Positions 25,290 to 37,570 of a stretch of 64,000 bases of DNA are shown piece by piece (the stretch's first letter is position 1; each line of letters starts with the position of its first letter). The position numbers and the translations under genes were made by a program. This stretch comes from Pocillopora verrucosa (Eukaryota). The notes beneath the pieces were generated by a model that was given only the letters and a program-made list of their open reading frames with translations, ran no database searches and had not been told where the DNA came from. The stretch spans positions 5,113,331 to 5,177,330 of the forward strand of contig NC_089313.1 in NCBI RefSeq assembly GCF_036669915.1. Reading direction: 5' to 3'.

Positions 25290-25455
25290 ATTTAATGAAT
25301 AAAACCGAAGAAGTTACAATTCATAGACCCAACGTGTCGACACTCCAGTCTAGTGCCTTCATCACCCCTGATGAAGGCACTAGACAAGAGTGTTGAAAAT
25401 AGAAATATTTAAAATCGTCGAAGCATTGGGTCTATGAATTGTAACTTCTTCGGTT
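25290..25455. mobile_element. Small foldback element (about 45-bp perfect terminal inverted repeats with an internal hairpin) inserted into a family-1 MITE
   Basis: aaagatttaatgaataaaaccgaagaagttacaattcatagaccc … gggtctatgaattgtaacttcttcggttacattcattaaatcttta, with internal ctagtgccttcatcacccctgatgaaggcactag. It splits the MITE copy of unit A; the unit B MITE copy at 33073-33255 lacks the insertion. Confidence 0.75.
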
Positions 25456-27687
25456 ACATTCATTAAATCTTTAAGGAAGAATTTGTTTCACAATCAAGAG
25501 CTTCTTTATTCTCGTGACTTCAATGTTCGATTCGGAGCTGATATTTTATGAAGAAATTATACGCTAGTCAAACTTAGAGGTCAAAGGGTTGATTCATCAA
25601 GTTTCTCTCACAATTTTCTTGTACTCTGCGCACAGAGTAAACAATCGCGCACAATGACCCGGCCAGGGTTTGGACCCAGATCTCTTAACAAAGAATCCAA
25701 CACGCTCACAGCTAATTAGGAGGCTGCATCTCACAAGAAAACCAGAAATTCTCTTGAGAGTGACTATCATCATTAGCGACTCACATTCTAAGAAGGCACG
25801 ATAAAATATTTAAAATCGTCAAGTTAGAGTCTTATGTTGTGACTTGAAATCGCTCTTCAAAGAGATTCTCTTTTCAAGCTTAATGCTTAATGTAAATCAT
25901 TGAAAAATGTTACAGCTGCCTATGTGCAACAACTGAGAAATAAAAAATTACGATGGCTTTCAATTTGATGGTACACTTGATTGGCGAGGGGCGGACACAA
26001 AACAGTTCCCAATCTGAAGATTAAAAAAAAGCAAATGAAGAAGACTTAAGACATCTTATAGGGCGAGTTAACGGTAAGAAGCTCGCGATTGTTTATTCAA
26101 CCGGCCATGTTTGATTTGGAGATAGAGGCAGCGGCGGGTGCGTGGGGGCATGCGGAAAGACCACTATTCACTCCCGCACCCCCTTTAATTACTTAGCGTT
26201 ATGAGAAAATGGATGATCGCGTCGGTTTTGGAGAAATTATAATGTGGGTTACAATCACTATCCAGACACTCGGATATTCATCTCAAGCTTAATTAAACTT
26301 AAATTTTGTCCAAGAACAGTTACGAGAAGCACTCTCAAAGTACCTCCTAGTCACATTGATTCTGCTTTATATCGCTCTGCGAATTCTCTAGAAGACACAA
26401 AACCCATCTCGACTTTCACCGTCGCTTCGGCTTTCCTGCACTTGAGGAAGCTCACATTTTATTTCCAGAGATTTCTCATCGGCCAATAGGAAGGCCCTCA
26501 TTATCGGCGCTTCAGCAGCAGCGTTCCTTCGCCCTCGAGAAAGTTTGAGGCCTTGAACAACGCGAACCAGCAAGTAGTCTTCAAGGGGTATTGCAAAGAT
26601 AACTAGTAGTGCCGGATCCATTACCGTTCTTCCGCTATAGCTCGCCTTCCTTGACCCTTGACACCCTAACATCAGTAAAGGTATTCTCCATACTGTTCTC
26701 TATACATTCTTTAAGGTGCTGACAAGGAGAATTTGTGCAACAATCAACAACTTCTTTAGCTGCTGATAAGTTTCTTTATTTTCATGACCTTACTGCATGA
26801 TTCAGGAGTGATGTTATAAGGAGAAATTAGATTCTAGTCGCTCTTAGGGTTTTAAGGGTTAAGACCTTAGCCTGACTCGCGAGGGAAGAAACGCACGTGC
26901 CGCAGCGCTAATAATATGAAGGCCTGTTCGTAAGCTAATCCCTCAGTAACTCCTTGATATCTGGGAGGGGAGACACGGGAGAAAAACGACTGCACTGAAC
27001 ACTTGCACGGAACACTTGCACGGAACACTTGGATCAGTTAAGTTCAGAAAAGCAAAAGACAAGACATTTCTTTTCGTTTATAATTCTCTTTTATAAACAT
27101 ATCACCGCACAGCGATGAACCTCAATCTCAAAGACTTTTTTAAAAATCTTTTTCAATTCATTTAATTTTTCTTTCTGGGACAACAGCAAAATAGTTCGGA
27201 ACGTTCTGAAATCCAATCCATTTCTTGAAACATTGACTTTTTCCAGTTTTTCGCAAGGTTATCATGGGAGGATACTTGCTCGCAAAGCTCTGTTTTATAA
27301 AATCTGTGAAAACACAAGCAAGAAACACACAATGGACGCCATACTGAGTAGTTTGAACAACACAGTCGGGTTCTAATTTATAAGAATCATTGCATGCAAC
27401 TTTTGGGCTCGTTAAGGGGAGAAGAGGCACTGACAATGACACTGTTAACACTTTTTGGGGATGGAACAAGGGTTGAACCTCTCACATAATACACGCCAAT
27501 TCCTCAAAAAGACGTCGTTTACCAAACGTCACCCGTGACTAGTGAAAGCTATTCTCATGACAAAAAATACTCTTTCAACACAGCGTTCATTTCTGTTCGT
27601 TTGAAAGATTACCCATCTGTATATAAGGACACAAGTAAATAGCCTAAACGATTAACACCAGAAAGGGTTGAAGGGCTTAAGGCCTAC

Positions 27688-27832
27688 CTCTGTTACAACG
27701 CCCGCGGCTATGGTTTCACCGCTGTAGCGCAGCATAAATCTTCCAAGATCTTTGTAGTCTTTGTATAATTCAACACAAACGGGTTTGTAGGTGTGAATTA
27801 CAACCTCCGCATTTGAGTTCTTTGTTAAACAT
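27688..27832 (-). CDS. HBS1L: HBS1L-like C-terminal (domain III) exon, intact copy in duplication unit B
   Basis: Acceptor ctcttcag, phase 2, donor gtaggc. Encodes (K)[48 protein letters not shown], compared with human [48 protein letters not shown]. Confidence 0.75.
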
Positions 27833-29629
27833 CTGAAGAGGTAAGGAGACATGATAAGAAAACAGTAGAACAAGTTTAAATTGAGTGTACAAAGTAACTC
27901 GAGATTGCCTTGGTTTTGGTTAAACTCAGTATGTCACACAAACGACTGCAAATAGTGTCAAAGTATCATATGTTCGATATGGGCTGCATCGACGTGAAAA
28001 TGTCAGTAAGCACTAAGCACTAAATGGAACATTGATTTTCTCGCCATGGGGGGGTTACCTTTCCTTGTGGTAACTTACATAAGCTTTCTTACCTGGGTTT
28101 CTTTTGTAGGATTTCTCCCGTACTCTTGTGTAAAACGCTACAAAGCCTCTGGATGGTAGCTGGTTCATTTAACGTTTTGTAGTGGAACAATACCTGAGGA
28201 CAGACGATAAAATTAGAACAAATAACTTTTCTTACCTAGCGAAAAAAGTCATAGAATATAGGATTCTTTTCATTGTTTTCCCAACGCCACTGTATTAGTG
28301 CCGTCCAATTCTTTTAAAAACTTTAAAATCTAAGAATAAAAAAAACGAAAAATTGTATCACGCCTTTAAGGAATCCCTCCAATTAGAAATGATGCTAAAA
28401 TGTTCTGTGTGAGACGCTTAATGACCAAGGAATGAATTCTTCAACATCTGGAGTAATAGACCATACAAGTACTTGAAACTCTCTTTTGGGGCCGGAAAAG
28501 CTTTAAGCTAAATGTATCCTTAAGGTATTCCAAAAAACCAATGTCGTTTCATTGACCAAGAGGTGGTTGGACAGGCCAAGTTTTACGGAAAACTACTCTC
28601 CAATTCGAAATGCAGTAAGAAGCCATGTCCATCCTGGCCATAATATAAAGAGTTAATACACTGCTTACTAAGCAAGCTCTTCGTAAGTTTGGAAGTATGG
28701 AACAGAGTGACAAAATATGTTGCATTTTATCATGCCCAAAAAACCTTCGCCATTTATCCTTTAATGTAAACTCCTAGAGAGGTATGGAAGTGAGGAAAAG
28801 TCTGATAAACTGAAGACCATGTCACACTTTCCTATTTACAAAGACCCCTCGTCATCCTTTCTTTTCTTCTAAGTGTCAAGTGGGCTAACAAACTTAGCTT
28901 TGTGTTGGTCATTTTTTTCTTTGTTCCACACTTCTGCAGGTGTGAAAGATGAAAGCGACTGACAAACATAACGATTACGCCACACTTTTTACTCAGGTAG
29001 TCTTTTCATTCTTTTATTCATTCACAGTATCCACTACTTTTCACTCAATATTTTAGACGCCTATGTTTATCGAAAATATCAGACTGTATGCAAACATGAA
29101 AAACAAGATGTGCTTCAGTAATCTGATCAGTTTGATATAACACATTATCATTTTGCTTTCTTTGCAGAAAGTAATAACTGTAGCTAAGTTACATGAAGTA
29201 TTAACTGAATGTTAAGTAATCTTGAAGCATAATAAACACTCATGCGATGCCGTCAACGTTGCTGATTCTAGCATTATGCAAAGGCTTGTCATTTACGAGT
29301 CTTGAAATGGCCTAGGTAACCACAGACTTCTCTGTCGCTCTCCATCGTGGCGCAACATCCGAAGTTCCAAAGCTCGATCTTTTCGTGGAGGACGCACAAG
29401 AATATTTCCTTTACCCCGTGTTCGCGAAGACACGATCACCATCTTCCTTTTAAACACGCGCAATGGCTATCTAAGAGCTTAGTACTATTCGATATTTGCC
29501 ATAACGGTGTCAGCTATCTGCGTAGGAAGGGTTAAGACGAGGAACGTGACCTGGGACCACCCGTCACTGGAGGCATGTCTGTATCAGTGGACGCTGTTAC
29601 TGAAAACTTTGTTATTTTTGGTTCATCTT

Positions 29630-29890
29630 TGGAACCTCTCGCACTCGAAGGAAGGATTCCCGTTGAGAAACTGCCGCAAGCTCATTCATAACCTGATATT
29701 GTCGATAGCGAGTGTTTTCAGGTTTGCCATTTTCGCTCCTTATCTCGTAACCTCAAGAGAAGATGGCCACGATGAACATTAAAAAAAAAACGTTTCTAGA
29801 CTACGGCAGAAACAATTTCAGAACGGATAATGAACAAGCGACATCCACACGTTTCGTATTTGCATATGAATAGAATGGTTTCCAGTTGGA
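29630..29890 (+). repeat. Upstream direct-repeat copy, unit B
   Basis: ctcgcactcgaaggaaggattcccgttgagaaactgccgcaagctcatt…gtgttttcaggtttgccattttcgctccttatctcgtaacctcaagagaagatgg…ctacggcagaaacaatttcagaacggataatgaacaagcgacatccacacgtttcgtatttgcatatgaat. Confidence 0.7.
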
Positions 29891-30969
29891 TGGCTCCTCT
29901 GTATTAACATGGAATTTTTTCATCTCTGACTTCAATTCGTAGAACATTTTTTAAACAAATGACACTGAATAATACAGTAGGTAAGCTTCGTGATATTTCA
30001 TTTTGATAAACTTAAACCTGAAGCAAGTTTAATTTATTGATGAATTAATTCACGATAAAATGAACAGCATCCCAATCTTGGAGTTTTCATACAGGGTTGA
30101 AGAAATGTATCAAAGAAAAGCCCTTACGTTGTTTTAGGCCTTGCTCAATTAAAAGCGAACTGAGCCCTGAAATCTTGGATCGTTTGTTAACGATCGTATT
30201 TCCTTTCCGGAATCCAGCATAAATGTAGCGCTACATTAAAATACACCGAATAAAACAAAGGAAGTGACCCCGTTATGCTGGAAATGAGTTCTGAAATCAT
30301 TCCAGACAGCATTATCTCATTTATAAGTGCACAATTTACGCAAATCCCAGGCGTTTTGATCGCGACGGGAAAGCCTGCGAAATGACGTTCTGAACTTGTT
30401 GGGGGAAACGGCAACGCTCCACACCGGAAGTCGAAATGTCCATACCATCGGCGCGCTTTCCCGTTCTGAAATGACGTTCCCGTCCTCTTGCTTAATCACT
30501 CAAATGACACATTTGCTGCCACAAATTCATTTCGAAAACAATTTTCTACTGGCAACCAAAGTGATTTAAGAGTGAGAAAAGAGACGATTACTGAGTTATG
30601 AATAGGCTTTTGCTTAAAAATACTTTGCTTGAAAATAATGCCCGCAAGGAAAAAAAAACCGCACCTATAAGCAGAAAATACGGACCAATCAGAACCACTT
30701 GAGAAAAAAATAATAGCTGGAGTTTTCCCTCTACGTCGACTCTGTTGATTTTGTCAATTCCGTCAAAAAATAAATAAACGTACAAATACGGAATGAAGAG
30801 CAAAAAGATAGTACAAGAATATCCTAAGAAGGCTTGGGAAAAGGAAAGTGCATATACGAGGACAAGCTGGAAGAGAGACGAGGACAACAAATCAGCAATA
30901 CACGCTCGGCAAGGGCAGCGTGTATACCCGAGGCGGAATGGAGATAGGAACAAGAGCCTCCACATCGAC

Positions 30970-31353
30970 ATGCCTATGAAAAAGAGAGGAATTCAACAAA
31001 GGTGGGCTGTACGAAAACGTCCGACATTAAAGGTAAACTTAAGTTCCGAAGAATGGATGAGGAAGCCAAATTGGGTACATATCGCCAAAACACACATGTA
31101 CCCTCAGAAAAGGGATAAAAGTGTTTTTTACAGTAAAGACCTTAGAGAAATTAGAGAACTCTGCAGGGCGACTCTGTTATATCCTGATTTGGAGAAAATG
31201 GATAAAAATAATCCAAATAGACTAGTGTTAAAAAGAAGGTTTAAGGACGCTGTTGGCGAGCATGGTCTTACGGGATGTAAGTGTTACGCTACGAGAGTTA
31301 TTTATGACCGTATGGAAAATGAAGTGGTAACTGCATTTCCATCCTTGTACTGA
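30970..31353 (+). CDS. Small conserved protein, copy 2 (127 aa core); the open frame extends upstream to 30793 (186 aa)
   Basis: MPMKKRGIQQRWAVRKRPTLKVNLSSEEWMRKPNWVHIAKTHMYPQKRDKSVFYSKDLREIRELCRATLLYPDLEKMDKNNPNRLVLKRRFKDAVGEHGLTGCKCYATRVIYDRMENEVVTAFPSLY*. Uninterrupted here, whereas copy 1 is split by about 630 bp. Confidence 0.55.
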   Translation: MPMKKRGIQQRWAVRKRPTLKVNLSSEEWMRKPNWVHIAKTHMYPQKRDKSVFYSKDLREIRELCRATLLYPDLEKMDKNNPNRLVLKRRFKDAVGEHGLTGCKCYATRVIYDRMENEVVTAFPSLY

Positions 31354-31394
31354 ACGTTCAGAAGACTAAGATACAGTGTAACCTCAATTCAACG

Positions 31395-32760
31395 AAGTGC
31401 CAAGAGACTGGGGAAACTCGTTTCGTGTACACTCTGTTGATTTTGTCTACTCTGTACACTCCGTTGATTTTGTCAACTCTGTACGCTCTGTTGATTTTGT
31501 CCACTCTGTACACTCTGTTGATTTTGTCAACTCTGTACACTCTGTTGATTTTGTCCACTCTGTACGCTCTGTTGATTTCGTCCACTCTGTACACTGTTGA
31601 TTTTGTCCACTCTGTACACTGTTGATTTCGTTCACTCTGTACACTCTATTGATTTCGTCCACTCTGTACACTCTGTTGATTTTGTCCACTCTGTTGATTT
31701 TGTCCACTCTGTACACTGTTGATTTCGTCCACTCTGTACGCTCTGTTGATTTTGTCCACTCTGTACACTGTTGATTTCGTCCACTCTGTACACTCTATTG
31801 ATTTTGTCCACTCAGTACGCTCTGTTGATTTTGTCCACTCTGTACACTGTTGATTTCGTCCACTCTGTACACTCTATTGATTTTGTCCACTCAGTACGCT
31901 CTGTTGATTTTGTGCACTCTGTACACTCTGTTGATTTTGTCCACTCTGTACACTCTGTTGATTTTGTCCACTCTGTACGCTCTGTTGATTTTGTCCACTC
32001 TGTACACTCTGTTGATTTTGTCCACTCTGTACACTCTGTTGATTTTGTCCACTCAGTACGCTCTGTTGATTTTGTGCACTCTGTACACTCTGTTGATTTT
32101 GTCCACTCTGTACGCTCTGTTGATTTCGTCCACTCTGTACACTCTGTTGATTTTGTCCACTCTGTACACTGTTGATTTCGTCCACTCTGTACACTTTATT
32201 GATTTTGTCCACTCTGTACATTCTGTTGATTTTGTCCACTCTGTACACTCTGTTGATTTTGTCCACTCTGTACACTGTTGATTTCGTCCACTCTGTACAC
32301 TTTATTGATTTTGTCCACTCTGTACATTCTGTTGATTTCGTCCACTCTGTACACTCTGTTGATTTTGTCCACTCTGTACACTGTTGATTTCGTCCACTCT
32401 GTACACTTTATTGATTTTGTCCACTCTGTACATTCTGTTGATTTTGTCCACTCTGTACACTCTGTTGATTTTGTCCACTCTGTACACTGTTGATTTCGTC
32501 CACTCTGTACACTCTATTGATTTCGTCCACTCTGTACACTCTGTTGATTTTGTCCACTCTGTACACTGTTGATTTCGTCCACTCTGTACGCTCTGTTGAT
32601 TTTGTCCACTCTGTACACTGTTGATTTCGTCCACTCAGTACACTCTGTTGATTTTGTCCACTCTGTACACTCTGTTGATTCTGTCCACTCTGTTGATTTT
32701 GTTAACTCTGTCGATTATGTCAATTCTGTCGATTTTGTTTACTCTGTCGACTCTTGGAGT
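31395..32760. repeat. 27-bp minisatellite array 2 (about 50 units; unit about gtccactctgtacactctgttgatttt), paralogous to array 1 with a diverged consensus
   Basis: Starts about 40 bp after the copy-2 stop. Same period and related motif (gtccact…ct…t.gattt.gt) but array-specific substitutions, consistent with within-array homogenisation. Confidence 0.95.
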
Positions 32761-32900
32761 GTTTTCAGGTTTGCTATTTTCGCTCCTTAACAAAATTACT
32801 ACACTACGGCAGGAACAATTTAAGAACGGTTAATTAATGAACTAGGTCAAGCGACATCCACAGTTTTCGTATTTGGATGTGAACTGAACAGTCAGTTCCC
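32750..32900 (+). repeat. Downstream direct-repeat copy after array 2, unit B
   Basis: ggagtgttttcaggtttgctattttcgctcc…actacggcaggaacaatttaagaacgg…caagcgacatccacagttttcgtatttgg. Confidence 0.7.
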
Positions 32901-34449
32901 AGTTTAGTGTATTTTTTTTAACTCACATAAAATCACTTAAAAACCTTTCAAAATATCGAGCCTCATGCAAGCTTTCTTATACTTACTAGGGGTCTGCAAA
33001 GAGATGTAGGCAAGTAAGCAGGCTTGTTCGTGACTGTACAGACAGACTAATTTCGAACGGTAAGGTTAAAGATGTTTACACCCTAACATCAGTATGCAAC
33101 TTCTCCATACTGTTCTCTATACATTTCCTAAGGTGCTGACGAGGGAGAATTTGTTTCTCAATCAGGAGCTTCTTTATTCTTGTGGCTTTGATGTTTTATT
33201 CAGGGCTGATATTGTATGAAGAAATTAGGCGCTAGTCAAGCTTAAGGGTCAAGGCTTGATTTATCAAGTTTCTCTCACAATTTTCTTGTACTCACGCACA
33301 CGGAGTAAAGTATCGCGTAAAATGACCCGGCCAGGGTTTGGACCCAGACCTTTTAACACAAAATCCAACGCTCTGCCAGTTAATTAAGAGACTCATATTC
33401 CAAAAAGCCACGATAAAATACTTAAAATCGTCAAGTTAGAGTCCAATGTAAATTGAAACCGCTCGTCAAAGAGATTTTCTTTTCAAGCTTAATAATGGAT
33501 TTTTTTTCGGGCAGAAATCATTGAAAAATCTGAGAAATCTTCTTAACATAGTTTATTTGTCAAAATCCACAATGGCTACTCACCATGAATCCCTTGGTGA
33601 TAGGAACACGAATGTTAAAAACTAAAATGCGAGCTTTCAATTTGGTGGTACACTTGATCGGCGAACGGGTTGGACACAAAACAGTTCCCAATCTGAAGAT
33701 AAAAAAACCAAACAAGACTTAGGGCATCTTATTAGTTCGAGTTAACGTTAAGAAGCTCGCGATCGTTTATTCAACCGGCCATCTTTGATTTGGACATAGA
33801 GGCGGCGGCAGGCGGGGATGGGAGGAAGGGCGAAAGACTACTATTCACTCCCCCACCCACCCCTCTCCTTATTCTTGACCGTCGCTCTACAAATTTCTTT
33901 CTCTCCCCAGCCTTCCGCTGCCATCAAAACAAAAGATGGCGGCCATAATTTGCGTTAAGAAAATACTGAGCACTCGCTTGCAAAAATTATGGCTGCTCTG
34001 CAGGCTAACCAAGACTTTGAGTCCCTTACTAATAGCCGTAGAACACTACCATCTTGCGTGGTCAAAAATGATTGATGTACTAAGCTCTCTGAGAACGTTA
34101 TCCACCCACGCAGTATAAATCGTGATATTTTGGGTCATTTTCTGCTACGTGCAAGATTACCTTCATCGTGAAGGACTACAGAGAGATACGTGGAAAGATA
34201 GGGATGAGGGAAATTGTATAGGATTGAAAAAAGCCAAATAAAAAACTCAGCATACATTTTTCAAGATGTACAACCCATAACACAACTCGTTTAATGTAAA
34301 AAAATTGTAGGCGGGCATTTGTCTGCTACCCGTTATCCAACCACCAATGAAATCAGGTCCCTTTTGAACTGTTCGATTGATAGTCTTCTAGCTTCAACAG
34401 TACAACAGGTGTCTCTATGAATCAGGTGCCACAGTCATCCCATACTTAC

Positions 34450-34540
34450 CCGACATGCATCATGTCCAAGCCCGATAGCACCAATGTGGAGTGATCCCCG
34501 GCGCACGCCAACTGCACAGGTTCGTCATGTATGCTTAGGC
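34450..34540 (-). CDS. HBS1L: HBS1L-like exon (domain II), downstream of the nested ankyrin gene
   Basis: Acceptor cactcag. (G)LSIHDEPVQLACAGDHSTLVLSGLDMMHV + gg, compared with [33 protein letters not shown]; donor gtaagt. The intron 34541-38810 contains the ankyrin gene. Confidence 0.8.
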
Positions 34541-36534
34541 CTGAGTGGAAACAGTAAACAAACATATAGCCTTCCTTTGAAAAATGAACGAATAGTTAAG
34601 TAAAAGCTTTAGTTGCCGCTTGAGATGCTACAAGCGAGCGATATCTGGTAAAATTTAAGCGATCAAAGAGGTAATCGAGAGAAATTGTTCAGATTTAGCG
34701 ACATTTCTTTTCTCGGAGAAGATCATGTAATGATATACCCCAATCACACGAATTTCTGTATTTTTCATTCACATTAGATATCAATTATCCTAACCGTCAG
34801 TCGTAAATTTCTTAAAATCTGAGCTTTGAGTATTTGGGTTTAAAGTACACAATATACCCCTAGTGATATTTCTTTTCGCTTTCATCTGCTTTGAAAATGT
34901 AACGATATTGTCCGGAGAATGTTCTTGTTGGTTACTCTGGGGAGTGGAAGAGTTAATTAAATTTTCACTGATGAAACAACACCTAGCTACATAAAAATAG
35001 ATAAGATTCCCAAACGGTGAATATTTTGGAGTGGGTACAAATATCAGGGGTGCGCAATTTATTAATTACTGGTGTAAACTGTCAGCAGTAATTTCGGAGA
35101 CGGTCTTTTACATTTACATCACTTACAAATTAACCTTATAGATCGTTTTGGTTTGTTTGTTTTTCTTTTAGATTTTGCGTTTTCCTTTACAAAATAGTAG
35201 TATATGATCCTCAAATAGATGATTCTAAAAACAAGAAAGTCCAACAACAACATACTTACATTAATAATTAACTATTCAGTAATTTGAAGGCATTGGTGTA
35301 TTTTAGCGTGTTTACAAATATAATGCCTATTAACCTTGCCGCTACCTCATTAGTTGAACGTAATTATAAAATCAAAGAAACGAATTTCGGCTTTAATTGT
35401 TTCAAAAAGCCGACCACAGCATACATAGGCGATAGTTCTTAGTTAGTTCGTAACTTCTCACTTTCCCCAACTGATTTCACCATAGCGACATCTTAGATCA
35501 AACCAACTCGATCTGAAGAACGCGAAGTTTGTTACTACGCGTATGGCACACAAACTACAACAGGTTGGAAAATGTGAACTACACAAGGTATTAAAATGTA
35601 ATTGGATTGCATGAGTCTAATGTAAGATTTTCCCGCTTCTACGATTTTAAACTGAAATAACGCCGGTTCTTTATGAGCATCTACGCAAAATTCTTGATAG
35701 CCGGTCCATTTTAAATTTCATGGCCAGATACAGGCGCAAGAGACGAGTGGAACGCTTAAAAAAAATAAGCAAAAAATCGCGAACTTGAAAATTACTTCAA
35801 CTCGAACCCGTGAAACCACAATTTAAATGAGCTAGTTCATAATATTTGGGTATGCTTTAAACAATTGCTTTGTAATTATTGAAAATTTCCTCAAATAGGA
35901 AAAAGCCACAAGATATTCATGGCATAAGACGAAAAAAAAAATGATAGCAATACAACAGAACTCTACTAGCTCGAACTCCCAAGGGAAACGAAACATCGTT
36001 CGAGATAGCGCGGGTTCAACTTATCGGGTTGATTTGAATTTTAATTATCCTGTTATTAATTAACAAGGAATTATGCTCAATCAAAAGTAATTTTGGTTCA
36101 AATTAGTTAGAGTTAACTGATCAAAACGGATCAATACGAATTCAAAACGGAAAAATTGATTATACGAATCAAAGGTGAATTATGCATTGTTGCGGAGGAA
36201 AATAACAAAGAGAGTATGGGGGCCGCAATTACTGTCGTTTTCCACAACAGAATACAGAGGTTAAGGAAAATGTTCTGTAATAATGTGAAATAAAATATGA
36301 AGAAAAACGTAACAAAATGAGGCATTTTGGCTTCCAGATTTAGACAAAAATTGTACCGAAAAGCACGCTCGGTTTAATGGTGAGGTGTTGAATTACGATT
36401 AACCCTTAGGCTAAGTTCTTTTGTTGGCAAGGTAGCATTGTCACAGCAATTAACGACAATTGTGTATTTTCAGTTCAGGCAGCAAGTAACCCTCGTGATC
36501 CCGATAACAGTCATTAGGTCTCTAAATTACAGCC

Positions 36535-37130
36535 ATGCCAACACTTCATCAGGCAATAATTCGTCGTAATCAACAACAAGTACGTCTCCTAGCAAATGTG
36601 GGATGCAACGTCAATAAACTCGATTCGCGCATGTGCACGCCGCTACGCCTTGTCTGCGATCTTGACAATGAATTCTTAAGGGTGTCTTTGGGGCGTATTT
36701 TGCTACGACATGGGGCCGGAGTGGAGCATAAAGACGAATTCGGTATCTCAGTTTTTAGTTACTGTTGTATGAAGCAGTGTATTAAGTTAGTTTCAGTCAT
36801 GATAGAGGAGAGAGAGATTCCGTGGCTTGATAAAGACTGCAACGGAAACACAGCTTTGCATCATGCGTCTGCTTCGGGAAATCTTGGGATAACACGAATG
36901 ATTCTTGAACAGATGAGGAAATACGGCTTGGATATTGATCAGAGAAACGACTTGGGTGAAACTCCACTGATATCAGCAGAAAGAATGGGGCATATCCGAT
37001 GTGCACAGTTGCTCCGAGAATGTGGTAAAGCGAGCACTGCTGCACGTGATAATCACGTTTTAAAAAATGCTGACGAATGGAGAAGAACGAGGACAACACG
37101 TGCATCCCAGAAGCTATCACCTTACTTTAG
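36535..37130 (+). CDS. Ankyrin-repeat protein gene, exon 1 (ATG 36535; donor gtactc after phase-2 'ag')
   Basis: MPTLHQAIIRRNQQQVRLLANVGCNVNKLDSRMCTPLRLVCDLDNEFLRVSLGRILLRHGAGVEHKDEFG…DKDCNGNTALHHASASGNLGITRMILEQ…GLDIDQRNDLGETPLISAERMGHIRCAQLLRECG. The ankyrin-repeat consensus (TPLH.A…G……LL..GA..N/D) recurs four times. The whole gene lies inside an HBS1L intron on the opposite strand. Confidence 0.75.
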
Positions 37131-37442
37131 GTACTCCAGTCCATCTTCATCAATAACGCCCATTTTTTATATTGTAAAACCAAAACTAACGTAATCACAA
37201 CGGCCAATTAAAAAGGAAAAAAATTAACACAAAAAGCCAATGAGAACTCGAAGAAGAAACAAGCGAACTGCTTTGAAACGCAGGAAAACGCAAGTGACCG
37301 GGAGATTTAAGATTTAAGTGGTACTTAGCCTCGCCCTGTGATAGTATAATGCTATCAACAGTTGTGATTACGGGCAGAAAACGGCTTAGTTTCTGGTTGA
37401 TGGAAGATCATAGTAATTCTACTTTGGTTTCTCTTTGTTTAG

Positions 37443-37570
37443 CGCAAAGTTCCCAGAAGTGGCAAAACAGCTCACGATTACTGTTCACATTAAAAGATCA
37501 GCAGCATTTCAGGCGGGAACGTCGGCACAAGATAAGCTTGACAAACCCCATAAGCTTCTTGATCGCACTG
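37443..37570 (+). CDS. Ankyrin-repeat protein gene, exon 2
   Basis: Acceptor tttgtttag, donor gtaagt. (S)AKFPEVAKQLTITVHIKRSAAFQAGTSAQDKLDKPHKLLDRT; phases are consistent with exons 1 and 3. Confidence 0.6.

Larger units (their letters stand above)
13980..26200. repeat. Segmental duplication unit A (about 12.2 kb): MITE, HBS1 C-terminal exon copy, small DUF4258-like ORF, 5.2-kb minisatellite, tail
   Basis: Long collinear near-identical blocks against unit B, with indels. Examples: 14190-14860 vs 26870-27940; 15300-15770 vs 28260-28660; 16040-17120 vs 28650-29890; 17300-17510 + 18120-18520 vs 30770-31360; 23830-24300 vs 32750-33050; 25440-26200 vs 33075-33870. Confidence 0.85.
26650..33900. 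repeat. Segmental duplication unit B (about 7.3 kb), tandem to unit A, same orientation
   Basis: Period of about 12.67 kb (13980 to 26650). Shorter than A because its minisatellite is about 1.35 kb rather than 5.2 kb, plus unit-specific indels: a B-only block at 27130-27470 and 29940-30770, and an A-only block at 17510-18130. Confidence 0.85.

Noticed and set aside
27158-27469. 103-aa minus ORF in the unit-B-specific block (27130-27470)
   Set aside because: No recognisable domain. It lies in an insertion absent from unit A and is probably an insertion-derived ORF. It was considered as an HBS1L terminal exon but has no similarity to the …IKE terminus.
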